64,000 nucleotides of DNA from Ruditapes philippinarum (Eukaryota): NCBI RefSeq assembly GCF_026571515.1, contig NW_026855127.1, forward strand, positions 124,001-188,000. The letters run 5' to 3'. Position numbers and translations under genes: made by a program. Positions within the stretch are counted from its first letter, which is position 1. Each line of letters begins with the position of its first letter. The notes beneath the pieces were generated by a model. That model was not told where the DNA came from, searched no databases, and saw nothing but the letters and a program-made list of their open reading frames with translations. Shown here in pieces: positions 25,701 to 34,410 of this stretch.

Positions 25701-28700
25701 TAAGAATTTTTCATTCCTGTTATGTATTTGTATTCAGAATGTAAGTTGTACTCCGATAATCTAGTGTAACATTATTAATATTTCTTTCACGATTAACTTT
25801 TCAAATTTTAACATATCATGTGTAAAATTAATTGTTATTGTTTGGCATTACTTTAATAAAAAAGTTTAAAAATGTCCAGATTGAGGAAATTAATAGATAA
25901 ATATATAAAATATGTTTTAAATGTTATAAATTTTCTAATTTACACTTCAATATACAGACAAAAGGTTACTTGCAACACATGCAAACACATGCAAAAGACA
26001 CATTTGTGTCTCCCGTGGTGGTAAAAAAAATAAAATTAAAATATTCGTTTATCATATATACATCATGTCCTGTATGTGTTATTTTTCTTTTCAGCTTCAG
26101 GTGCAAGAATTAAAGGCATACTTATCTACTATATCGGTAAGGATGCGGAAATTGAAGATGCAGCACACAACTTGGCTTCACAAATGTTCTCAGAAGATAC
26201 ACATATTCAAATATTTTTCACTGTTAAGCATAACATCAAAATGACTGAAAATGGCCAGTCTTCTGTATATTTGGTCCGAACATATAACGTGTTATCAATG
26301 ACAGCACTTAGTAAGAAATATAAAAAGGAATATAATATTTCAATGGATAACTTTGAGAGTGATGTCGAAAAGCTGATACGTTTCAACGGCACGAATGAGA
26401 CTTTCTCCGTGTTCTTACAGAATGGGGAGCTACGTAAGAAAGAAGAAGACCTTTTCCATAAATTTGATGAGACGTTAGCGACTCAGTATAGGTTCAGAAT
26501 AGAAAAAGACGGTTCTTTCTACAAAAATCTACAGGTATCAATGTCAAAAGACGGAAAGACAAAATATTTAAAACTGAACAACTGGAAACTTTTAAGAAGT
26601 GGAGGGACATTGCTTTTTCCAGAAATATTTAGTGGTATGTATTTTCTTATAACAACTCATCGTTCAGTTTGATTACTTTGAGCTTGTTTGTTTTTCAAAG
26701 CAGACAAAAGCGTAACATTTCATTAAATATAGACAGTGAATTAGATAAAGGCGCAAAAAAAAGAAACAAAAAAAATTGCAAAGACTTAACAAAAAATAAC
26801 CCTGATGAAGACATGTGAGAGTCGAAACGTCGGTTATCATCATTAAATAACGTCGGTTATCATCATTAACTAAACCTTAAAACTTATCCTGTGTTGATTG
26901 TTCCGATTTGATTGATTTTCTTAAAAAATAAAATATATAAGCCTAGACTTGAAGTCTAATAATGTCACATTAAAATAGAGTAAGTAATAATTATGGGCAA
27001 TATATTTGTCTATGATTCCAAGTAAAGAAATCCTCAACGCAATATTCAAAGAAGAAAAACCCAAACACAAAAAATAGCAGAACTGTAATGAATTCCAGGA
27101 TAACTTGTTTAAATCTGCCTCCCTTACAAAACTTAATATCTGCAATTATATGATTTACAAAAGGGGAAAACTTAGTGTTACAGTTGATTTGTAATATAGT
27201 TTGCTGATAACTATTCAGATGTTTATATATTAGATAAAAGTGAGTATTGTGCTTAATTGGCGAAAGTTTCACGTTATATCTTTAAATGTGTTGTACATAA
27301 CACAAATGTTTTTCCTGACAGTATCTTAATAATCATTTTGTATCTTTTTACAGCTAACCACGGTTGTCATAATGCATTTCGATGTAGCTTTAGTCACGTG
27401 TGTCTACCTTTTGAACAAGTTTGTGACGGACGAAAACATTGTCCACACGGAGACGACGAGGATCTATGTCATTTTGTTTGTCCTAACAATTGCACATGTG
27501 AAGGGTACAGCTCATCATGTCCCAGTCTACAGTACAATGTTTTCAATTCGATATCAAGTCTTGTACGAATTCTAGATATAAACCATTGTAAGGGTTTAAA
27601 CGGAACGCTGGATATAAAAACAGACTTGTACTTTTTAATAGAACTCAATGTTTCATTTTCAAACATACGACTCATCCATAATGAGTCATTTGCTCATACA
27701 AGAAATATTCTGATTCTAGATTTAAGTTACAATTTACTATCGTTTATTCAAAAAGAGATATTCAAAGATCTGAGGTTTATAAGGATACTTTTACTTGAGG
27801 GAAACGAACTCATTTCTACAATAGAACCAAACGCCTTTTATGGTTTAGGACTAAAACATCTTTCTGTTACACACACAATGCTACAAGTTGTATCCAGGCG
27901 AATCTTTAATGGATTCAATGCAACGAAACTAGATTTATCATATAACACTATCGAAACAATTGAAGACAATGCATTTGAGGGATTGCACGTTGAAGAACTA
28001 GATATAACGTTTAATCCCATTAAAAACTTTGGAAAAGCAATGTTTACAGGCGTAACCGGTTTGCAAAAATTAAAAACTCCGATGTACAAATTTTGTTGCA
28101 TGCGCCCGATTTATTTGGAAGAGAATAAATGCTTTCCACATCAAGATGAGTTTTCATCCTGCGGAGATTTAATGAGAAGAACCAGTCTACAGTTTTTGCT
28201 ATGGATCATAGCAGTTCTTGCTATTGTTGGTAATATTCTGTCTGTGGTATTCAGAATGGTCTTCGACAAGAAACGCATCAAAATGGTGTATGGAATTTTC
28301 GTGACCAATTTAGCATTTTCCGACATGTTGATGGGATTTTATATGCTTATTATAGCTATTGCTGACAGACTGTACCATGATAGGTGACTTTTTATGCCCC
28401 CACAGAGTGGGAGCATATAGCGTTGCACTTGTCCGTCCGAGTGTCCGTACGTCTGTCCGTCCGTCCGTCTGTCCGTACGTCCCGAAATCTTTTGAACGCA
28501 ACTCCTCTTAAACCGGATGGCAGATTTCGCTTAAACTTACAGGGATGAACAACCTTAATGTGTAGATGGTAGCAAAGGAAGGAATTTTTGCTGCGACCAA
28601 ATTTAACAGAATTATGGCCCTTTGTTGATTTTTTCACTATATACTATGTAGAAATTTTGTGAACGCAACTCCTCTTAAACCGAATGGCAGATTTTGCTTA

Positions 28701-31421
28701 AACTTACAGGGATGAACAACCTTAATGTGTAAATGGCAGTAAAGGGAGGAATTTTTGCTGCGACCAAATTTAACAGAATTATTGCCCTTGGTTGATTTTT
28801 TCACTATATACTATGTAGAAATTTTGTGAATGCAATTCCTCTTACACCGGATGGCAGATTTTGCTTAAGCTTTCAGGGATGAACAACCTTAATGTGTAGA
28901 TGGTAGTATCCGTGTCCTATGGACACATTTCTAGTTCTAGTTAGGTCTTGTCTGTTTCATCTTTTAAAATATCTAAGATGTATTTTTCTTTACATAATTT
29001 AAGAACCTGGACAAAAGTTTTCTTTTCTAGTTTTACTTTTTTATATTTACGTTGTTATATGTAAACCACCTGTTTCATCTTGGAAATCGATTGGGTTAAG
29101 TTAAGGTAAAAGAATTAAGCAAACAAAATCTGTTTTCGTTTGTGTTACTATTAAGACATAAAGATAAAGATAAAGTAACAGCATTGTTCACTGAATGTTT
29201 CTTTGATATTACAATTAGAATGTATCGTAACTATTTCTGTTTCGTATTACATTCGTACCGTAAGGTTCTGTTTCAATAGATACATAGAGGAAGACGAACG
29301 CTGGAGAAGCAGTGGATGGTGCAGCCTGGCTGGAATTATGTCAACAGTCTCCTCCGAGGCAAGTGTCCTTTTCGTTTGCTTGATTACTATCGATCGGCTC
29401 CTGGTTATCAAATATCCCTTTGGTTCTTTTAAGATATCGACAAGGCAGGCTAAAATTGTAGTGTCAATTTGTTGGTCTATTTGCTTGATTGTTGCCGTTA
29501 TTCCAATCATTGAATCTAAATATTTTGGAAACCAGTTCTATTCAAAATCAGGGGTTTGCCTGGCACTACCTCTTTCAAAAGAACGCTCCCCCGGATGGCT
29601 TTACTCTGTACTCATATTTATTGGATTCAATTTCGTTACATTCATCTTGATCGCACTCGGTCAAATTCTTATCTTCTGCGAAGTGAGACGGGCTGCGTCA
29701 ACTATGAAAAAGAAGAGTTCTGCAAGACGAAATGACCTGAAAGTTGCAAGAAATCTTCTGCTTCTTGTCGGAACAGATTTTGCCTGCTGGTTTCCAATTG
29801 GTTGCATGGGTAAATATTAATTTCACGTAGTTTTCATTAACATATAAATGTTATAGAATACAAATGTAATTACACTAGGCAAAATTGATATTAAGTGTTC
29901 TTCTACTCAAAAGTATCGCTTGCAGCTCATAAACTTGAAAATTCACCATGATAATGATGTTCGAATGCAAAAGACATTTTATTGATTATTGAGAATACAA
30001 GTCTAAAAAATGTTCATGAACCAACATAATTCCATGTTGAGCATAGCACTGATACGTTTTTAGGTATTATGACATTACATGGGTATTCTATACCTGGGGA
30101 GGTTTATGCTTGGACTGCAGTTCTAGTTTTACCTATCAATTCAGCTATCAATCCATTCCTATATACACTGATGGCAATCATTAGCAAGAAGGTAAATTGT
30201 TTATTTTCACTGCTTTGAAACATCCTTTATTTTTCGTCTGTTGTTAAAAAAAAGTTCTAAAGCGAAAAACATGTCCTTGTGCCATGCTGCATTTTAAACA
30301 AATTCTGCGATTGTTTATTGGGTCTTACGTTTTTTGTCGATTTTTAATTCCCACAAAAGTGTATTTGTTCTTCATTGTTTTCGAAGCATGTTACATCTTG
30401 TTATTCCGTTTGCCATAAATGCAAATTAAACCTACATTTCATTTTACTAGAGTTTTAACCCAAGTGAAGATGAACAATCGCGCCCTGAGGACATTGAAGG
30501 TAAGTTAGTATAGATAAAATTTTAACAAACAGAAATTTTCAATAGGTTTAAACATAGATCTATCATATACAGAAATACATTTTCCCCATAGAATAATAAC
30601 TTTATTAATTATTGATGTACGTTTTAGATACCTAGCTATTTGATAGATATTTAGTATAAAAATAGGTCTCATGATTGACCAAACACTTGTAAATTGTTAA
30701 TTAATTACTTAAAAGACTATTATATATATTTGATTTATTTTAAAGAAAAAAGGTCAGCATTTTTGCGGGCATGTCAAGGTCTATGGTTCCCGGATCCTGA
30801 CATCAAATACGAAGTTCATCAGTTAACTAGTGATATCATTACGCAGTTGAAGCCTGCAGAGCGTTTGATGATCTTTGCTAAAATGTTCAAAAGTTTACAT
30901 CTGCACCATAGGCATGGATTGTTATTCAAGAATTTAGACACGGAAAAGGTTTTGGTTTACTTGCGAGGAGGGCAAATCGTATGTATTATAATCTTGTCCT
31001 TATCGTTTGTATTTCTTTCAGAACTTTGTTGCGTTTAGTTTATCATTACTTGATTAAATCTTGTTTGATAAAGTTTGTAAATATAGAGGAATTATTTGCC
31101 AAGAGAAACTTTTTTTTTATTTTCGAAAGAGACGATATTTTAAGCAGACATTAGCATTTGTTGATCTTTAGTTACCAACTAAACTTAATCTCCGATCAGC
31201 CTTCACCGTTTTCTTGTCCGTTGATTTCTTATAAATGTCAATTTAAAAATATTTCTTTACTATTTTTATCTGTTTCAAGGAAGTTCTGTTTATGAATATT
31301 CTTTCAGATTAGTGGCGGTGGTCTTAGAATCATCCACAAACCAACGCCTTTTTCAAGAAAAACAGAATCGAAGCAAGACATGTACATTGCGGGGATACTT
31401 TTACGACCTTTAACAAAATGA
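1..31421 (+). CDS. Giant multi-exon GRL101-like / LGR type C GPCR (LDLa-LRR-7TM) with a mosaic lectin/CUB/discoidin ectodomain and a kinase-like tail; 5' incomplete
   Basis: Hand-assembled exons, all GT-AG and phase-compatible: <5-162, 680-796, 3951-4033, 4626-4770, 5214-5237, 8366-8501, 9034-9158, 9800-9975, 10540-10713, 11021-11171, 11382-11723, 12095-12309, 12597-12846, 14019-14219, 14737-14973, 16120-16161, 16352-16570, 17260-17338, 17856-18052, 18651-18806, 19342-19455, 21169-21288, 21624-21812, 22930-23081, 23371-23486, 24150-24259, 24829-25029, 25583-25699, 26095-26634, 27354-28383, 29280-29809, 30064-30191, 30451-30499, 30746-30978, 31308-31421 (TGA). The sum is 6970 nt with no internal stop. 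LGR-C hallmarks: hinge [21 protein letters not shown]6 [11 protein letters not shown]7 [12 protein letters not shown]. Confidence 0.85.
1053..1438 (+). mobile_element. Mariner (DD34D) transposon 3' fragment, frameshifted, with right TIR
   Basis: LLHDNAPFH...[16 protein letters not shown] has exactly 34 residues between the two Asp. It continues in another frame as [26 protein letters not shown]. The end ...ttctgacatcccctcg|TA (reverse complement TACGAGGGGATGTCAGAAA) is a mariner-type terminus with a TA target. Confidence 0.92.
1531..1666. repeat. 22-bp minisatellite, 6 copies (TCCATTGATGTAGTAAGTGGAT)
   Basis: Head-to-tail near-identical units; one has a 4-nt insertion and one a T>A change. 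Confidence 0.95.
8366..9158 (+). CDS. Exons 6-7: N-terminal half of a C-type-lectin-like domain
   Basis: W..CYY...C..GRYVTLLS...IYVSV resembles CTLD beta1-alpha1-alpha2-beta2. Splice sites: tag|CC, AG|gtgatt, cag|G, G|gtaaga. Confidence 0.55.
8932..9010 (+). mobile_element. 3' fragment of tRNA-derived SINE with (AAAC)n tail
   Basis: ctccaccagtaaagccagaacgtcgc..tgtgtcggtgcgacgtaaaac matches the 3' end of the copy at 12926-13151. Confidence 0.75.
9205..9680. repeat. Degenerate (GAT/AAT)n trinucleotide low-complexity tract
   Basis: Runs of gatgat/ataata; explains the Ile-rich spurious ORF 9168-9677. Confidence 0.9.
9800..11171 (+). CDS. Exons 8-10: F5/8 type C (discoidin) domain
   Basis: [32 protein letters not shown]|VDL..VDGI...[20 protein letters not shown] is the canonical FA58C pattern. 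Confidence 0.92.
11382..11723 (+). CDS. Exon 11: PAN/apple-like domain
   Basis: [20 protein letters not shown]...CNLYS (C-x3-C-x6-C..C-x-L) in a symmetric phase 1-1 exon. Confidence 0.75.
12095..14973 (+). CDS. Exons 12-15: two divergent CUB domains
   Basis: CUB1: [26 protein letters not shown]...LYMYFWT..GRGFRA. CUB2: [34 protein letters not shown]. Confidence 0.8.
12835..13640. repeat. Degenerate ~41-bp tandem array (consensus approx. aaagtgattttcagaaggtttatatttaattgactgaggac), interrupted by the SINE
   Basis: Recurrent ttttcagaaggttt..acaaagt units at roughly 40-bp spacing. Confidence 0.7.
12926..13151 (+). mobile_element. 5'-truncated tRNA-derived SINE with 13-bp TSD
   Basis: B-box GTTCAAATCC, body gaggaagctatccagctagcttacgg..gcccgctcgtgcc..aataatgcacggagaggcacctgagg, (ACA)n tail. 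Flanked by tttgattgattaa at 12913-12925 and 13152-13164. Confidence 0.88.
16120..18052 (+). CDS. Exons 16-19: C-type lectin domain
   Basis: [61 protein letters not shown]. Confidence 0.92.
18651..21812 (+). CDS. Exons 20-23: four LDL-receptor class A repeats (first and fourth lack one Cys pair) plus the start of the fibrinogen-like module
   Basis: [24 protein letters not shown]; [29 protein letters not shown]; [31 protein letters not shown]; [28 protein letters not shown]. All exons are phase 1-1. Confidence 0.92.
20184..20330 (-). mobile_element. Degenerate SINE copy (same family as 12926-13151)
   Basis: Reverse complement reads gaggaaactattcagctaac..gtcggtggttctac..gtgcccactcgtgcctgaaacaatgcac..ggggcagctaaggtcttcc. 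Confidence 0.75.
21750..24259 (+). CDS. Exon 23 (3' part) to exon 26: shortened Caspr/neurexin-IV-type fibrinogen-like module
   Basis: [39 protein letters not shown] parallels the Caspr pattern SCExY..G..SGxYxI..CxM..CEQxF..EW..YxLGPLxC. Confidence 0.6.
24829..25699 (+). CDS. Exons 27-28: GRL101-type Cys module plus LDLa repeat
   Basis: [24 protein letters not shown] followed by [35 protein letters not shown]. Confidence 0.85.
26095..26634 (+). CDS. Exon 29: 180-aa Cys-free alpha/beta domain, probably a degenerate vWA domain
   Basis: 540-nt open exon with strong sites (tttttcttttcag| and G|gtatgt), phase 1-1. Alternating beta/alpha segments GILIYYIG / [12 protein letters not shown] / IQIFFTV / FESDVEKLI / FSVFLQNG / [10 protein letters not shown]. 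Confidence 0.7.
26796..26860 (+). ncRNA. Minimal type I hammerhead ribozyme motif (Penelope-like) with a duplicated substrate strand
   Basis: ataacc-CTGATGA-a-GAC(atgtgaga)GTC-GAAA-CG-TC-ggttat. Stem I ataacc/ggttat, intact core, GUC triplet; AACGTCGGTTATCATCATTA is repeated directly downstream. Confidence 0.75.
27354..28383 (+). CDS. Exon 30: LDLa, LRRNT, about 7 LRRs, hinge, TM1-TM2
   Basis: [16 protein letters not shown]; CPNNCTC; LxxLDLSYN repeats; [13 protein letters not shown]; AIVGN; NLAFSD. Confidence 0.96.
28389..28936 (+). mobile_element. Non-autonomous Helentron-associated (HINE/DINE-1/pearl-like) element with internal 167-bp tandem repeats
   Basis: Starts TTTTTATGCCCCC, then a (GTCC/GTCT)n microsatellite and about 2.5 near-identical 167-bp units (starts 28494, 28661, 28828). 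It ends with a 3' hairpin gtgtcc-tat-ggacac and ATTTCTAGTT. Confidence 0.85.
29280..30191 (+). CDS. Exons 31-32: TM3-TM7 of the LGR 7TM domain
   Basis: [21 protein letters not shown]; [11 protein letters not shown]; NFVTF; TDFACWFPI; [12 protein letters not shown]. Confidence 0.96.
30451..31421 (+). CDS. Exons 33-35: cytoplasmic tail with a protein-kinase C-lobe remnant (pseudokinase-like)
   Basis: [37 protein letters not shown] resembles alphaE plus the catalytic loop (..GLxYLHxxG+IHRDLKPxNILV). [13 protein letters not shown] resembles alphaF (xKSDVWSxGVLL). Splice phases 0-1-0, stop at 31419-31421. Confidence 0.7.
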
Positions 31422-31727
31422 ACTTCATTAAATATATAGATTGTAAACAGAACGGCCGAGTCAACGCATTTACACATGCATGCAAACAAAATCTGATTAA
31501 GATACAACGGACTGATGTTTTACTTATTTTCTGATATTTGTTGTTGTCTGTTATTTTAATGCATGTTTATCGTCAGTGTTTTTGTAACCAAGACTTTTTT
31601 TAAAAAATACCTTATTTTATCTTTAAACTGTTTTCAAGTGTTATATTTCCTGTTTTAATTGTATGTCCAAATGAGACAAACTTGTTCATATATGGACAAA
31701 TATTTCTGACAATTTCAACACAATTTT

Positions 31728-31733
31728 AATAAA
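31728..31733 (+). promoter_or_regulatory. Candidate polyadenylation signal of the LGR gene
   Basis: AATAAA about 310 nt after the stop, followed by T/GT-rich sequence. The AT-rich context lowers specificity. Confidence 0.45.
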
Positions 31734-33273
31734 CTTTTTTTAAATTAATTCGTGTTTACGTGATATCAATATAATTTGTTTTTTTTTCAGAATTGCTTTT
31801 TCTTTGAATGTGTTTATGGTTATCTTATCTTGAAAATTGATATATTTATTTGTTTGATATAATTTTCCTTAACTGTCTGACTGTTTATATAATAAGCGGT
31901 TATTTTCTACGTTAAAATAGTAAAGAAATATCATCTTTACGGTGTTTTTATTATTTAATCTTATGATGATGTCAATTATTAAATCTTATGATGATGTCAA
32001 TTTTCTTGAAATATTCTATTTCAACATTTCAAGATATCTAATTTTATATTGACTTTTCAAGATATTTTTGCGATTTCAATGTATTTGTTTTTTCTATTTT
32101 TTTTCTGGAACTATCATTCTTGAAATATTTTTGGCCAGATACTTTAACAATTTAAAGGACACGATGTAACAGTATTAAAGGGACATACTTGTATCAATAT
32201 TATATTTATCGAAAAGCGTTGAGTTTTTTCCCTTTACAAGTGATTTTTGATACCAAGGACAGTTACTACCTGTACATAATTTCTTAAAATTAGACGATTC
32301 ATTATTATTTTTGTATTTATTACCATAGTTTAAAAATAAAATGTTGTGAATATTTCGTTTTTTTTTGTGTTTGTTTTCACAATGCTTTTGACTGTGTGCC
32401 CGAGACGGGGTTTGCATCATTTGTTTCAATTTTCTGAATAATAATAAGTTGCTTGTATTTGTTTTACAATATGTTTTTGTAGTTTATTCATTTACATAAT
32501 TAATTACATAAAAATAATTTTTACATATTGAGTAGATAGTTAAGAAGCTGTTTTGAAACTACAAACTATTTCGAGAATAGCAATTTCAACTTCATAAATT
32601 TAAGATTTTATTATGCACACCTTACTATTTCAACTTCGTGAATTCAAGGTTATAATAAGGTTTATAATGAAAGGAGATGATCCTTCAAACGCTGACAGGT
32701 GAAATCACCGATTCGGTTCAATTATGTCAGTTAATAAGAGATAATGGAAGAATTGATAGTGCATGCCAATCACCGTCCGCATCGGTTTTCAGTCATCAGC
32801 CCTAAAAATCACATCAAGTAAGGCACAAGGGGCATGAAAGCGATGAACAATGTTTCATAAATTTCCACTCAAGTTATGTACCTTGCACCTCTTGCTTCAA
32901 TATAAACGTAAAATTCTTAAATAGAATCGAATTTGAATGTTCATCAGATAAAACAAAACAGCATACAACAGTGAAAGTTCAGTTTAATATGTTGTTTTGT
33001 TAGTTTAGCATCATAATATGCCCCCTGTTCCTTGTCTAAGTAGTTTTTATAATTGTCCAATTCATTGTAATCATTGATATTTAAGCTTTTGATGTTAAAG
33101 ATGGAATAAAATCTTCTGAAGAGGGTACCAACGGGAGATGATAGAAGATGTCACACTGTTTTTAATCTATGATGAACAGACCCAATTAGATAAAGTACAA
33201 ATTGTTCAGTTAAATCGATGTCATTGAGCCCTCCCCATTCTAGAGCTGTATAATATAACTGGTAGTGGGAAAA

Positions 33274-33350
33274 ATATGATTAACAAGATCATCAAGGAAA
33301 GGCGGCGTTCAATGAACGCAGCCCCCACCCGTCCCAGCAACAAGAGCCAG
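33274..33350. repeat. Interspersed repeat; inverted copy at about 36540-36616 (possibly a retroposon 3' tail)
   Basis: aatatgattaacaagatcatcaaggaaaggcggcgttcaatgaacgcagccccc is the near reverse complement of gggggttgcgttcattgaacgccagctttccttgaagatcttgtttatcatatt. Confidence 0.7.
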
Positions 33351-34172
33351 CGGCAAGGAGCCCAGGAGGATCCCAAACAAAAACAGGGAAGGGCATAAGG
33401 CAGAGCACGGGCATGCAAACCACTACCTAAGAATAAATAATTAGAAACTGATAAGGAACTAAAAGAAAACAAATAATAGATTGAATATTAGGCCCATAAA
33501 GTCAAAAGGCACAAGGGAAGGGGACATGAAGACCTAAGATGTCCTTAAGATCAGTAAAATTAAGCACAATAAAGTACTTGAGTACAGAACGTACCTTTGT
33601 AAATTAGCAGAGTTATTTCTAATAATGTTCCTAGGTTAATAAAGCACACAGCGGTAAGGAAAACCGGCCGCTATGTAATTACAATGCAAAAGCGGCGGTT
33701 CCATAAAAAATGTTTACGTTGTTAATGGTAAGCATTTGCGTGTCAACGTTTTTGTAGGTGGAGTTTTTTTAAGTATTTTGTTAAATTAAATCTGTTAGGC
33801 CAAGCAAGTAAATGTTATCAGTTCTACTGAGAAGTACATTATGTATTTAAGTAAATGGAACTGGATTAAAGCATGTTTCGATAATCTCTTTGGCGATAAC
33901 ACAGTCTTTGACCTTCAAATCGTGAAATATCAAACTGAGTATGTATCTTTACTGAAAACATTTGCTTCCATTTATATTTTAATAAAATAAAAAGCAACAT
34001 TTGAAATACATTTCATTATCATCACATGAGATTCTGAAGCTATAAACTTCATACAATTCTTTTTATTTGCTTCATGACGCGAGTATCGCGAAATTCTTAA
34101 TAATACATTAATATACATAATCGAGAAAAACTGAATCCCCTAAACAAAGTCTAGCACAGGAAAATTAAAAAA

Positions 34173-34410
34173 GGTTGCAAGCTCGGTTTGATTGAGTCTG
34201 TTCATGGACGGTAATGGACATAGTTACCCTCTAAGCCCACTAACAACGGTTTAAACAGAATTCAACATTTAAATAAAGAAATGGTGAAATTTTGAATTAA
34301 GAAACATCCACAGATGTGTTCATACGACCGTTATCATGAAAACTTCAATGTGACACAGTAGTGCTATTCCATGAAAAGCGGTGTATGGTCCCAACGTAAA
34401 AGAATGCGTT
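34173..34410 (+). repeat. Representative copy of a locally abundant dispersed repeat (core tgcaggctcggtttgattgagcctgttcatgga)
   Basis: Related segments at about 21830-21940(-), 22166-22400(-), 23830-23903(-), 41503-41524(-), 43755-43850(+), 44709-45021(-), 53395-53426(+), 53878-53910(-), 63471-63577(+). Confidence 0.8.

Noticed and set aside
27469-29510. Minus-strand ORFs overlapping the LRR/7TM exons and the HINE element
   Set aside because: Antisense shadows of real exons or translation of the (GTCC)n repeat.
31957-32002. 21-bp direct duplication aatcttatgatgatgtcaatt
   Set aside because: Simple slippage duplication with no structural or coding implication.
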